From assembly GCA_009103225.1 (NCBI GenBank), contig RHPI01000026.1, positions 951,745 through 1,015,744 on the forward strand: a stretch of 64,000 nucleotides of DNA, in the 5' to 3' direction. The position numbers were made by a program, and so were the translations under genes. This DNA comes from Chlorokybus atmophyticus (Eukaryota; Plantae; Mesostigma and Chlorokybus algae). This document shows positions 1-10,146 of this stretch, in pieces (within the stretch, counting starts at the first letter, position 1; each line of letters begins with the position of its first letter). The notes under the pieces are model-generated. The model was not told the DNA's origin, searched no databases, and saw only the letters and a program-made list of their open reading frames with translations.

Positions 1-59
1 ATGTGCGTGTGCGTGTATGCTTGCCAATGCGAGTAGCATCAACCTTTAAGAAAGCGTCT

Positions 60-1010
60 GTAGACGCACGCGTGCAGTCGTTAGAGCAGCTGCGTGCTGG
101 TCATTCGTAGCGTCTTGCATGTAAGCCCAACAACTTGCTGTCATCATTGTCTTCTAACCCCAATTAGCTACTACCGACGCATACAACCTGCGCATGCATC
201 CAATGCAACCTTTGCTTTGTGTTCGCGCAGTTCGCAGTGTTGCCAAACCAATTTTGCCGTGCCGGGAGACTACACTCAGATCATCATTGAAGCTGCGGCA
301 TGCAATGACGCTCCAAAGTCCCGAGCATGGTGCGTGCTTTCAACATCAAAACATCTCTGTTCAAGCACAGGGTTGCATTCACACGCATCCTCTTTGTATT
401 GGTGCAATGCCGTTGACAATTCCAAGCTTAAGTTCAAGTGTTGTATGCAGGTGCGCCAGACTCTGACAGTTACACTCTTCAGGATTTGGGGCGAATGATG
501 CGAAGCCCTTGAACGGGGAGTGGATTGGCTGGTTTACGACTCTTTTGCAAGAAAGTATGAAGCAAAGCCGGAATTGTACCTATCCATACGGGTTGAACTT
601 CGGGACCACTTTGAATCACTAACGACATGCGAGGATATTGGTTCCGATGCTGCGCATCTGTTGGAGATGGCGGTCGAGTTGGGGATGCTGTGTGTGCTTC
701 CCAACACAGTCGTCAGAAACCCCGAGTGAGTGACTGTACCTTGCTGAACAATTGTTGTACATTGCAAACTCCTTTGTAACATTACCGTGCTGTGCGCAGA
801 GGTCCCATCCAGACGCAATGAGCGCCATATGGCCCATCACTTGTGTTCGGGCTTGCAGCCTTTCCTGGAGCGGTCTTATAGTGAATGCTGTATTGCATTG
901 CTATCTTATGCGGTGCATGCGAGCTTACAATCAATGCGCAAGTGTTTGTTGTTGTGGGAGTCTGACAGCACTGTGGTCCTCCCAACATGCAGATCACGAC
1001 ATACTGCATG
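60..1010 (+). pseudogene. Decayed copy A of unknown multi-exon 'gene X'
   Basis: Exon-like blocks (LEQLRA..VIRSVL 60-120; 230-330; WLVYDSFARK..TTCED..LLEMAVELGMLCVLPNTVVRNP 520-725 followed by gtgagt; GLQPFLERSYSECC 805-1000) recur at 1819-2700, 6330-7420 and 15540-16050. Stops and frameshifts are present. Confidence 0.55.
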
Positions 1011-1291
1011 AATAGTCCAGTTTATTCATAGCTGGAATAACCACTCCGTCGTCAAATTGTACAGGGCTCTGAACATAGCTTACTGTGTGCAGCTGCTTAC
1101 CTAATACAATGCACTGTGCAACCGCGAAGACTGCGCAGACCTTGCGCGACATTGACAATTCCACTGCAGCATTTACAAATTGCCATTTGAGCTGGCACGA
1201 GCCGAACTAGGCTACCAGGAATGGAGCAGTACACTAGACACTGCTAACCTGAGTGAGTAACTTCCGGTCTACAGCTATTCCGAATGTTATG

Positions 1292-1610
1292 TCACTTGGA
1301 TGCAGTGGCCAGCTCGCCGTCCAGCTTTTGCGTTGGCAATTGCTGTGTCAGTTTGTAATCAGCGCGCCCCCCCAACTTTTGTATGATCTGCAACACGCGC
1401 ACTTGTGAAGCTCAAACTGCACTGCAAAAGGCGCAGCATGCAAGACAGAAAGTTGCCCATCATCCTGTTGGCAACAGCCTTGGGCTCGGCTCCTGACCAA
1501 GCACGCGCTGTGCGAAGAAACAAAGCATTTGCTGCCTCGTCCGCCGGCAACAGCCCATCCGCAAGAGGCAAGCCGAGGTCAACATATTGCTGCCTCCTCT
1601 GGAAATGCAC
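1292..1610 (-). pseudogene. gatB: gatB 3' fragment (last exon fused by deletion to part of the [16 protein letters not shown] exon)
   Basis: [40 protein letters not shown] and the last exon match the intact gene at 16357-17245. About 0.6 kb of the intact gene is missing at the junction near 1450. Confidence 0.85.
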
Positions 1611-1818
1611 CATAATAAGAAACCTCACTAGCACGGCAGCAAGCATGCATGTGCGCACAGATGCACCAAAGCATGCTCACACTGCGCGCACGCACTCATG
1701 TGTGCGCGCACAAGGATACGCACGCACGCACCTCATGATTGATCAATTTATGAAGCTACTTGAGGTGCTGTGGTGCTGTCGCGCAAGCAATCATGTGCAT
1801 GCTGCTGTGCATAAGCAA

Positions 1819-2204
1819 AAACGCATCCTTTGCTTCGTGCTCGCGCAGTTCGCAGTGTCGCCAAACAGATGCTGCCGTGCCGGGAGACAACACCGAGATC
1901 ATTGAAGTTGCGGCATTCAATGACGCTCCAGGGTCCCGAGCATGGTGCGTGCTTTCACATCGTTGTCCCAGCATAGGATTGCATTTCACAAGCATCCTCT
2001 CGACGACATCACACCAATGCACAGAGGATGCTTGTAAAATGCAATCCTATGCTGGGACAAAGATGTAAAAGCACGCACCATGCTCGGGATCCTGGAGCGT
2101 CATTGAATGCCGCAACTTCAATGATCTCGGTGTTGTCTACCGGCACGGCAGCATCTGTTTGGCGACACTGCGAACTGCGCGAGCACGAAGCAAAGGATGC
2201 GTTT
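1819..2204. repeat. Near-perfect inverted repeat: 182-bp arms (1819-2000, 2023-2204), 22-nt spacer
   Basis: Direct comparison of the arms shows about 5 mismatches and no indel (manual count). The arms contain a gene X exon. Confidence 0.95.
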
Positions 2205-2700
2205 AATATATGCACAAGGTTGTAGGCGTTGCTGCTGGCTATTTGGGGCTAGAAGTCAATGATGACAGCAAGTCTTTGGGCTTACTTGCAAGACGCTGCG
2301 AATGACCAGCACAGCACGCAGCTGCTCGGACGACTGCACGCGTGCAGCGTTCTCAAAACCTGATGCTCATGTTAGAGGCAGGCGTGCGGCATACTCAACT
2401 CGCAGTAACCAACACAACGTGGCGAGTGCCGGCAGTAGCTAGACAAGAAGCTACGCAGCACCAGAGCAGGGACGTTTGCAGCAACATGACGGACCAGCAC
2501 CCCTACCGGTCTACTGTTGGCGCACGGCAACGAGCCAGCGGCAGAAGCAAGCGTTGGGGCGTGGACATCCACACACGCTGACCTTGCGTGCGTTGCCCCT
2601 GGCCCCTATCAGCCCCAGCGAGAGGGGGAGACGCCGCTGCACAGCGCGCCAGGTCCGGCCATGATGAAGGAGAGCGAGCGCTCGACTCGCCTACCGGCAG
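2023..2700 (-). pseudogene. Decayed copy B of gene X (5' exons)
   Basis: Blocks at 2040-2200, 2280-2340 and 2570-2660 are homologous to 6990-7420 and 60-330. Confidence 0.5.
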
Positions 2701-3079
2701 CAACAAGACCAGTACCGCCTCCGCCTCTGCCACAGCCGCGTCAATGAAGGAAGGAATGACCTCCGACTGCTGCTCCTGTGTCCGCTGGTAACCATGCCAC
2801 GCAGAGTGATGACGTGAGCGGTCATGTGAAACTCGTGTCTGTCGCCAACCAAGTGAATGCGCTGTCAGCAGTGGCTAATCTCGCAGTTCATTTCAGCACC
2901 AAAAGTGTGCACAGAATCGGTGGGAGCGGTCCGCAGTACTCTGTACGCCGATCTGTGTGCCTCTGTTGCACACAGGCACACAAGCTGGCGTTAACGGCAG
3001 CGGAGAGCATGCGTGGTACATGTATGCAGAGGGTACAAGTCATCTTGGCATGCATGCAGGTAATCGAGCCGGCATGCAC

Positions 3080-4030
3080 ACCCCTGCTGGAGATGTTGTC
3101 CGAGCCCGTCTTGCGTCCGGGAATGCATGCGCTGCGATGTCCACGTCTCAGTGCACCTCATGCAACCGAAAATGGAGATGCTCAACACGAACTGTTTCCC
3201 AGGTGCACGCCCATCTGCATGCGCGAGTGCATTTGTGCATGTGCGTGTGCGCACGCGTGTGTGTTGGCTTGTATGTTTACGTCTGCACTTCTGCGACTAG
3301 CACAGGCTTGTGGGTGGGTGTTGTGTTTCTTGTATGGCGTGTCCGTTGTCAGAAAGCGGCTGGCAGGTCTGAGTTTAAGCAGCGCGCAGCAGATTGTGAG
3401 ATAGCGAGGCACACAGCGCTGCAGATGAAGCGGGTCGGGGACACGAGTGAGACAAGGCGGGCAAAAGACGGTCACCATGCGAAAGAAGTACGCTAGCAAG
3501 CTTCTTGAACAGCAAACAGCTCCGGAAAGTCTGCATGTCAACTTAATGACTGCTATGTCTGCACAGAGCACAGTAGTCTGAGAGGCCATCTGTGCCTCTC
3601 AGACTATCGTTACTCCCCGAACCCAGGTCTTCCTGAAGTGCGGCATCACGATTGCTGTTCTGGCTGACGAGCGCAGCAAACCAACAGAGCTGCCAGATAG
3701 GTGAGCACTGATAGTAGAAAGCGACTACATAACCACAACAGCTCAAGTGTCGAAATAAAGAAATGGAAGTGACGTGCTGTGGCAATGTAGCCAGCTGTGC
3801 GTGCATGAGTGTATGCACGCACATGATTGCTTGCGCGACAGCACCTCAAGGCGTGTCCTGTCCATCACGGAGATCGCTCGCAAGCCAGAGAATCTGGCTG
3901 AACTTCTACAACTCATCCAGAAGGGCATTATCTCTGTGAAGATCGTCAAAGAGTTGCTGTCAGAGCTTCTGCGCAATTGGTTGTAAGGCTGCCGAGCTTG
4001 TCGAGGCCAAGGCCTTTCGCAGGTGCGATT
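3080..4030 (+). pseudogene. gatB: gatB internal fragment, plus strand, with introns
   Basis: Degenerate LLEMLSEPVLRPG / LRCDVHVSV, ..VTMRKK, SDYRYSPNPGLPEVR and LSITEIARKPENLAELLQLIQKGIISVKIVKELLSELLR, collinear with the intact gene and carrying frameshifts. Confidence 0.85.
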
Positions 4031-4429
4031 GCCTTGCTCACCACTTGAGGACGTTGCTGAATATTCTTCTTTCGCTGATTGTGTTTGCCTACTCGTCTAA
4101 TGGTGCAGATCGTCAACGTAACGCGGCCTCTGCAACGGCACTGTTATTACAAACCTGGCACGCAAGCAACCATGTGCACACCCACAGGCACAGCCGCGCA
4201 CGAAACCATGCACACACTCACGCACACATGCATGTGTGCGCGCGCACACAATTGCATGCACGCACAGCACCTCCGATTGTGATTTTACGTGCTGTGGCGC
4301 AAGTACACAAGCAAGCAAATGCACGCACAAGCAAATAAGCACAGAAGCATGCACGCACACAGAAAGTGACTACAACACCACAGCACCTCAAGTTGTGCTT
4401 TGAAAGTTGGGATACTGTGATGATGTAGT

Positions 4430-5250
4430 TGCTTTTGGATATCTGTGCTGGCCTCATCCGGCAGCTCTGGTGGTGTGCTGCGCGTCATGAGCCAAAAAAC
4501 AGCATCCGTACTGCGCACTTCAGGAAGATCTGGCTCGGGGAAGTACCAATAGTTTGCCAGGCCCTCTCTGGGCCGCCCAGAGATGTATGCGGCAGACATC
4601 ACAACTATCAATTGATGTTCAAACTTGCAGACCAGACCTATCTGCCAGTCAAGATGCTTGCGTGCTTGCTTGCTTGATATACATCTTTCGCATGGTGACC
4701 GTTGTCTGACCAGCTTCATCCCACAGCCTAGTCTCGTTCGTAATTTCCTGTCCCCGACCCACTTCATGCAGCGCTATCTGCCTTCCAATCTCCAAATCTG
4801 CTGCATGCCTACAGATTATCAGTTGGAACTTAGACCTGCCAACCAAGTTTGTTAAAAGGACACACGCGCAATATGAGAAGCAACTTGCTAAAGCAAGCTG
4901 GATTAGTCAAGCAACTGCATGCAAACATGCACGCCAAAGCACATCGCCAATGTGTACAGGTAACTACGCATGCATGTTGACTAACGGGGCAAGGGCTTAG
5001 CGAAGGTAGCTTCCTAGTATGTATAGGTAGCCCGGTGGTGTAACAAGTTGTTGTTTGCTGGCGTGTGCGAGTGCGCTTGTGTTTGCATGTGTCATGCATG
5101 TGCACAATGCAATGGGGTCACATGCATAGCATTGCATATACGCTGCACACGCACGCATGCAGACTCATGTGCACCTAAGAAAGAGTTCATGTTGTTTATC
5201 TCCACTTTGGTGCCCAGAGTCGTGCCGGGTCGGTGCACTGTTCAACGTAC
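4430..5250 (-). pseudogene. gatB: gatB internal fragment, minus strand, with introns
   Basis: LGTKVEINNMNSFLG (5165-5220), [40 protein letters not shown] (4690-4810) and [24 protein letters not shown] (4455-4570). Confidence 0.9.
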
Positions 5251-5351
5251 GCTCATGTATGTTTGCGTGAGCGCGGGCTTGTATTGAGTGCACTGGGTTT
5301 TCATCCCCAACATCACATGGTACTGCAGCTAGAGCATTACTGATGACGGCG

Positions 5352-5453
5352 NNNNNNNNNNNNNNNNNNNNNNNNNNNNNNNNNNNNNNNNNNNNNNNNN
5401 NNNNNNNNNNNNNNNNNNNNNNNNNNNNNNNNNNNNNNNNNNNNNNNNNNNNN
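5352..5453. other. Assembly gap (N run) abutting a G homopolymer
   Basis: N run followed by GGGGGGG. Confidence 0.95.
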
Positions 5454-5519
5454 GGGGGGGGTGTCTGTCGTGCACACTGCGCCTTGTGCAGTGCAGTTTT
5501 AGGTTCACAAGCGCGTGTA

Positions 5520-5600
5520 CTGCAGATTATGCAAAACTTGGGGGGACGCGGTCATCCTGAAGCACAAGTTGGACGGCCAGCTGGCAACTGCATGCAAGGG
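5520..5600 (+). pseudogene. gatB: gatB last-exon fragment
   Basis: tgcag-ATTATGCAAAAC..GGGGACGCG..AAGTTGGACGGCCAGCTGGCAACTGCATGCAAG matches the intact last exon ([21 protein letters not shown]) with an internal deletion. Confidence 0.75.
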
Positions 5601-6329
5601 AATTTATACTGTGAAAGAGATAGACACTGGACAGATCAGGATAGCAGTGTTGTATAATGCTCCATTCCTAGCAGCCCAGTGTCGCTCGCGGCAGTCATGA
5701 TGGCAACGTGTGTACAGGATATGCGCGTGGCTGCTGGTCACATGCATCACACAGCATACTACACGCGGCGTACAGAAGATGCAAGCTACATCACGCGCAT
5801 GCCAAGCATACTGCACTCACATGTCACACACATTTAGCATGATATTTCACATATAACACCACCGGGGGATATACTATCCTTTGACTACTACACTACTCGC
5901 TGAGCACATACCCCATTAACCATGTATGCATGGCAATTCACAGTCTGTACCTGCACGCATGAGCAGCTAGTTAGTCTCCGACATCTTTGCAACAGCACGC
6001 AGTATCAACAGCAGACAGACGCCCACTCCCACTCCCACTCCCACTCTCTCGTTCGCCTTCACCCACAGTCTCACTCATGCCATCCCCTGACAGTCTTGCT
6101 GCGTCAACCCCTCATCCAAGACCCCTCTACCCCGCCCCTCTGCCCCACCCCTTTACGTATGCTGCAGTGGAACTGTCAATGCTGCGCGACGTCTGCGTGG
6201 TCTTCAAAGCTGCACAGTGCATTGTGTACACGCTAAAGGCATTCACTGGCGCTGCACGCAGTAAGCCATGTTCAGGAATCATGCGAGCTGCGCGACCAAC
6301 TTGTTGAACCAACGGTATCTATAGCGTGG

Positions 6330-7420
6330 TTGTTGATGCTGAATGTCATAATCTGCTTGAGGGCCACACTGCAGTTCTCTCTGACTCTTACAAAAACAAA
6401 CATTTGCTATTACTGTACATTCTGGGCTCGCACGTGCTGCATAACATGGCAATGTAACACGGCAGTCACTATGGAACCGCTTCACGAAAGGCTGCAAGCG
6501 ACCAACCATGAGTGATGGGCCGCATGGCGCTCACTGCGGCCGCAGGATGGGAGGTCTGCGCACAGTGCAATAAAGTTGCAAAGGAGTTAGCAAAGCGCAA
6601 CGTTTGTTCAGCAAGGCAGAATGACTCACTCGGGGTTTCTGACGACTGTGTTGGGAAGCACGCACACAAGCCCAAACTCGGCCGCCAGCTCCAGCAGCAC
6701 AGCATCGGAAGGTGAGCCGTCCTCGCATGCCGTTTCGTGATTCATGTGGTTGAGTCCGAGCATCAAGTATTCGTAAAACGCTGCGTTCTCTTTTATCTTT
6801 CTTTTCAAGGAGTAGTAGAGCAGTTCATCCAGTGCCCGTTCCATGCTTTGCAACATTGCCCCCAATCCAGAACAGTACAATTGTCAGAACTTGGCGCACC
6901 TGCATACAAGATTTAGTAAGCTCCGAGCAGACTGTCAACAACATTGCACCAATGCAAAGAGGATGCTTATGAATGTAACCCTATGCTGGCACAAAGATGT
7001 GTTGATGATGAAAGCACGTACCATGCTTGGGACCCTGGAGCGCCATTACATGCCGCCGCTTCGATGATCTGAGTGTCGTTGCCCGGAAAGGCAGCATTGG
7101 TTTGGTGACACTGCGGACTGCACGAACACAAAGTAAGAGTTAAGTTGCATGCATGCAAGGTTGTATGCGTTGGTAATGGCTATTTGGGAAGGAAGACAAT
7201 GATGACAGCAAGTCTTAGGCTTACATGCAGGACGCTACGGATGACCAGCACAGCACGCAGCTGCTCTAACGACAGCAATGCGTCTACAAGCGCCCTCTCA
7301 AAGCTTGCTTCTATCGGCAATGGCAAGAATACGCGCACGTACATACCTTGGGTGCGTTTCTGCCCCAGCTTCAGCGACGATGAGACGCCGCCGACGTGTC
7401 TGGCCGTCATCATGACGACG
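6330..7420 (-). pseudogene. Decayed copy C of gene X (most complete copy)
   Basis: Exon series ..QKRTQ|gt, ASFERALVDALLSLEQLRAVLVIRSVL|gtaag, 6990-7140, ALDELLYYSLKRKIKEN..TACED..LLELAAEFGLVCVLPNTVVRNP|gtgagt, and GRLQPFVKRFHSDC. Convergent with the gatB last-exon copy at 5520-5600, as in the original locus. Confidence 0.6.
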
Positions 7421-7569
7421 GCGCTCGCCCCTGGACTCGCTCAACGGCAGCAGCGACAAAATGCTGTGGACGGCGAGAAGCAGGTAGGCACCACGGCGCT
7501 AACACCCCACTCCACAACCACACCAACTGCAGCCACTTTCGGCTGCTGATCACAGCGACGACACACCCC

Positions 7570-7745
7570 GCTCCTGCAGCCTACCCGCACGGCAGGCTGG
7601 CGTGGCCTAGCGACCCCACCCAGCACTCTCTTGCTACTCCTTGTGCTCCTGCTTCTCCTCCACCTCCCCCATCTCGTCCTCGTCCTCGTCCTTGTCCTCT
7701 TGCCCGCCCCCCCGCCGCCGCCGTCTACGCCTACTCCAGCTTCAA
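7570..7745 (+). repeat. Inverted copy of the gatB/TPS intergenic (promoter/5'UTR) region
   Basis: cctacccgcacggcaggctggc(g/a)tggcct..ccgccgccgccgtctac(g/a)cctac matches the reverse complement of about 19355-19520. Confidence 0.85.
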
Positions 7746-7889
7746 GGCGCGAATGCTGCTCTTGGTCTTAGATTTAGTTAGAAAAACCAGATAGGTAGGC
7801 CTATTTTCAGGCGGGTGGCCTGGCTCAGCCGTGGAGGCTGCCTCTGGCAATCATCAACCGAGGTGACGGTGTATATATCGACCAGCTTA

Positions 7890-8342
7890 GGGGCAAAGCC
7901 CTCAAAACGGCCAGTCCTTGCGTTGTCCGGGTCTGCGCTAGTGCAGCGCGGTCATCAGTGACCGGCGCTGAGTCGGCGTGGATATTGGTGTGATGGGTCC
8001 AGCGAGTCGGCATCGACCGACTGTTGGGATTTGCATAGACAGTGCCTGACAGGGTTATGACAGGCTGCCTTTGTCGACGCTGACGGCGGCAATTAACATG
8101 CTTCTCCTCAATGGATCCCAACTGATAGACGACACCCGCTTTGACGACCGCCGACAAAAGTGCTCGTAGTCTGGCGTGGTCACGCGGATCAGCACCGACA
8201 AACCACACCGGTCCGCGCAGACTCGTGCACGGTCAGCAACAGCGGTCACCGTAGACTCTCGACGTCCAAAACCCCCACGTCGGCGCAGACCGGAATAGCC
8301 GGCCAGCGACCCGGACAACCCAAGGAAATGAGGCTTTGCCCC
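7890..8342. mobile_element. Segment bounded by imperfect inverted repeats (MITE-like, uncertain)
   Basis: GGGGCAAAGCC(C)TCA..TCCTTG(C/G)GTTGTCCGGGTC at 7890-7933 and its reverse complement at 8308-8342. No target-site duplication seen. Confidence 0.35.
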
Positions 8343-9084
8343 TCGGCTGCGACGTGGGAGCTGTGAAGCTGTTGACTGTTGCCGTGTGGTGACCTGTGAC
8401 AGGTCGTGTTGGTGGTGTTGTGAGCGGCTGTGAAGCTGAGTGTGCTCGTCCGTGCTGCGCTGTGAGATGTTGTGATCCTTTAAGTCTGTCACGAGCACGG
8501 ATGCTGGTACACTGCTTTGGCCTTTGGTACACACCCCGTCAGGGTACACGCGATGTGCCATAGTACATGACGTAAAACATGACTTTCTTATGCATGCGTA
8601 ATAAGTGGTTGATGATAGCTTTTATCAACTTGATTATGTAAAGACAACGCGTAGTTGTGGTACTAGTCAAGAGTATGCAGAAGCACATGGCATCTACTTA
8701 CACACAAGCGCGTGAATGAGGTTTAAAACACATAGTGCGTGTAGCAAATGTCAATTGTTTTAAATATTATTTGCGATATTATTCTTGTTACGAGTAGTAC
8801 TTATAATATTCTTGCAAGCATGTGTGTGCGTACAATATATGATGTAAACATGTATACGTGTTGTTGTTAACTTGACGTAGGGCTATCATGCCTACATCGC
8901 CCGCGCATACCAGCTTTCATCGAGCATGCCTACATCGAAACCATTGCCCAGCTTACCAGTATACCAGCTCGCGCGCATCACTGATCAGTAGCGAGATCAT
9001 AGCTCTGGAGTAGCTCATGACCATAGCCTACATAGGCACCATGCGTAGCTGTCTATTTGCGAGTGCGATTATAGGTTATGTTCC

Positions 9085-9418
9085 ATATCGAGTGGGGGTT
9101 TTGTTAGAAATAGCCTCAATATGACAAATAGCTTATGTTCCGAGTAGTCATGATTTGACTTGTATAAGTAGTCAGGGTGTTCACCGGATCAGCTGGTGAC
9201 ACTGTGAGCGAGAAAGCAAAGAGCTTGTGGAGCAACTTGATGTATGCTTAGTTGTGAGTTGTGCTCTATATCAAGTGGGGGTTTCTTTGGAGGTAGCCTC
9301 GGCATGACCATTAGCTTAAGTTCTGAACATCATATTTTGACTTGTATAGTCATGGTGTTCAGCGGATCAGCTGGTGACACTGTGAGTGAGAAAGCTAAGA
9401 GCTTGTGAAGCAACTTGA
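9085..9418. repeat. Imperfect tandem duplication, period about 183 bp
   Basis: atatc(g/a)agtgggggttt..ggatcagctggtgacactgtgag..agagcttgtg(g/a)agcaacttga at 9085-9240 and 9268-9418. Confidence 0.9.
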
Positions 9419-10146
9419 GCTATGAATCACGCTGTCTCGATTGCCAAGAATCCCTTCACAGTGTGAGGGCCTGTGCATGCTCTTGTGCACTATGCTTGTC
9501 ATTGCTGTGAGCGCGGTGTGCTTGGTTGGCATCAGTGGCATCATTGTGGGTGTCAGTACATATGTCCACGCACACGTATGTCTAAGGGGCTAGTAGTAGC
9601 ATAGCGTAGCTGAGTTAGCGATTGAGCTACCCCGGTGGTGTTGGTTATGTGATAAGCTGTGTGGGCTGGTGATCATGCATGCCATGCACGATCTCCGCGC
9701 ACCATGCATGTTGGCATACGTACCATACCCCTTATATACGCACTGTAGCATGCATGCGGACTCCATATCTCAAGTATGTATACGATAATCAAATTTGGCT
9801 TGATGTGTGTTAGTGCATGCAGCCGCAGCTGCTCTTGCTGCTCTGGCAACAGCTGCTTGTGTTGCAATTGAAGTAATTGTGAAACTAACACAAACTGCAT
9901 GCAATAGCATCGTTAATATGGCAGATGGCACTTGACAAAACTTCTTGACGTCTTGAGTACCCCACATTGAAACTACCGGTGCAGGAAGTGTCTCATCACC
10001 CATTACTGCTGAGCTACACTGAAAGATCGACTCGCACTTATCCCTTATGCTATGCTCATCCATCTATCAACTGCCCAGCGTGTATGCAGTGGTTACAGCT
10101 TGCAGAACGGGTTAGTGCAGACAGAACTATGGGTCTACCGCTACTA

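Noticed and set aside
5987-6307. ORF YAAVELSMLRDVCVVFKAAQCIVYTLKAF inside the duplicated zone
   Set aside because: Protein-like but unrecognised, with no second copy or splice support in this window.
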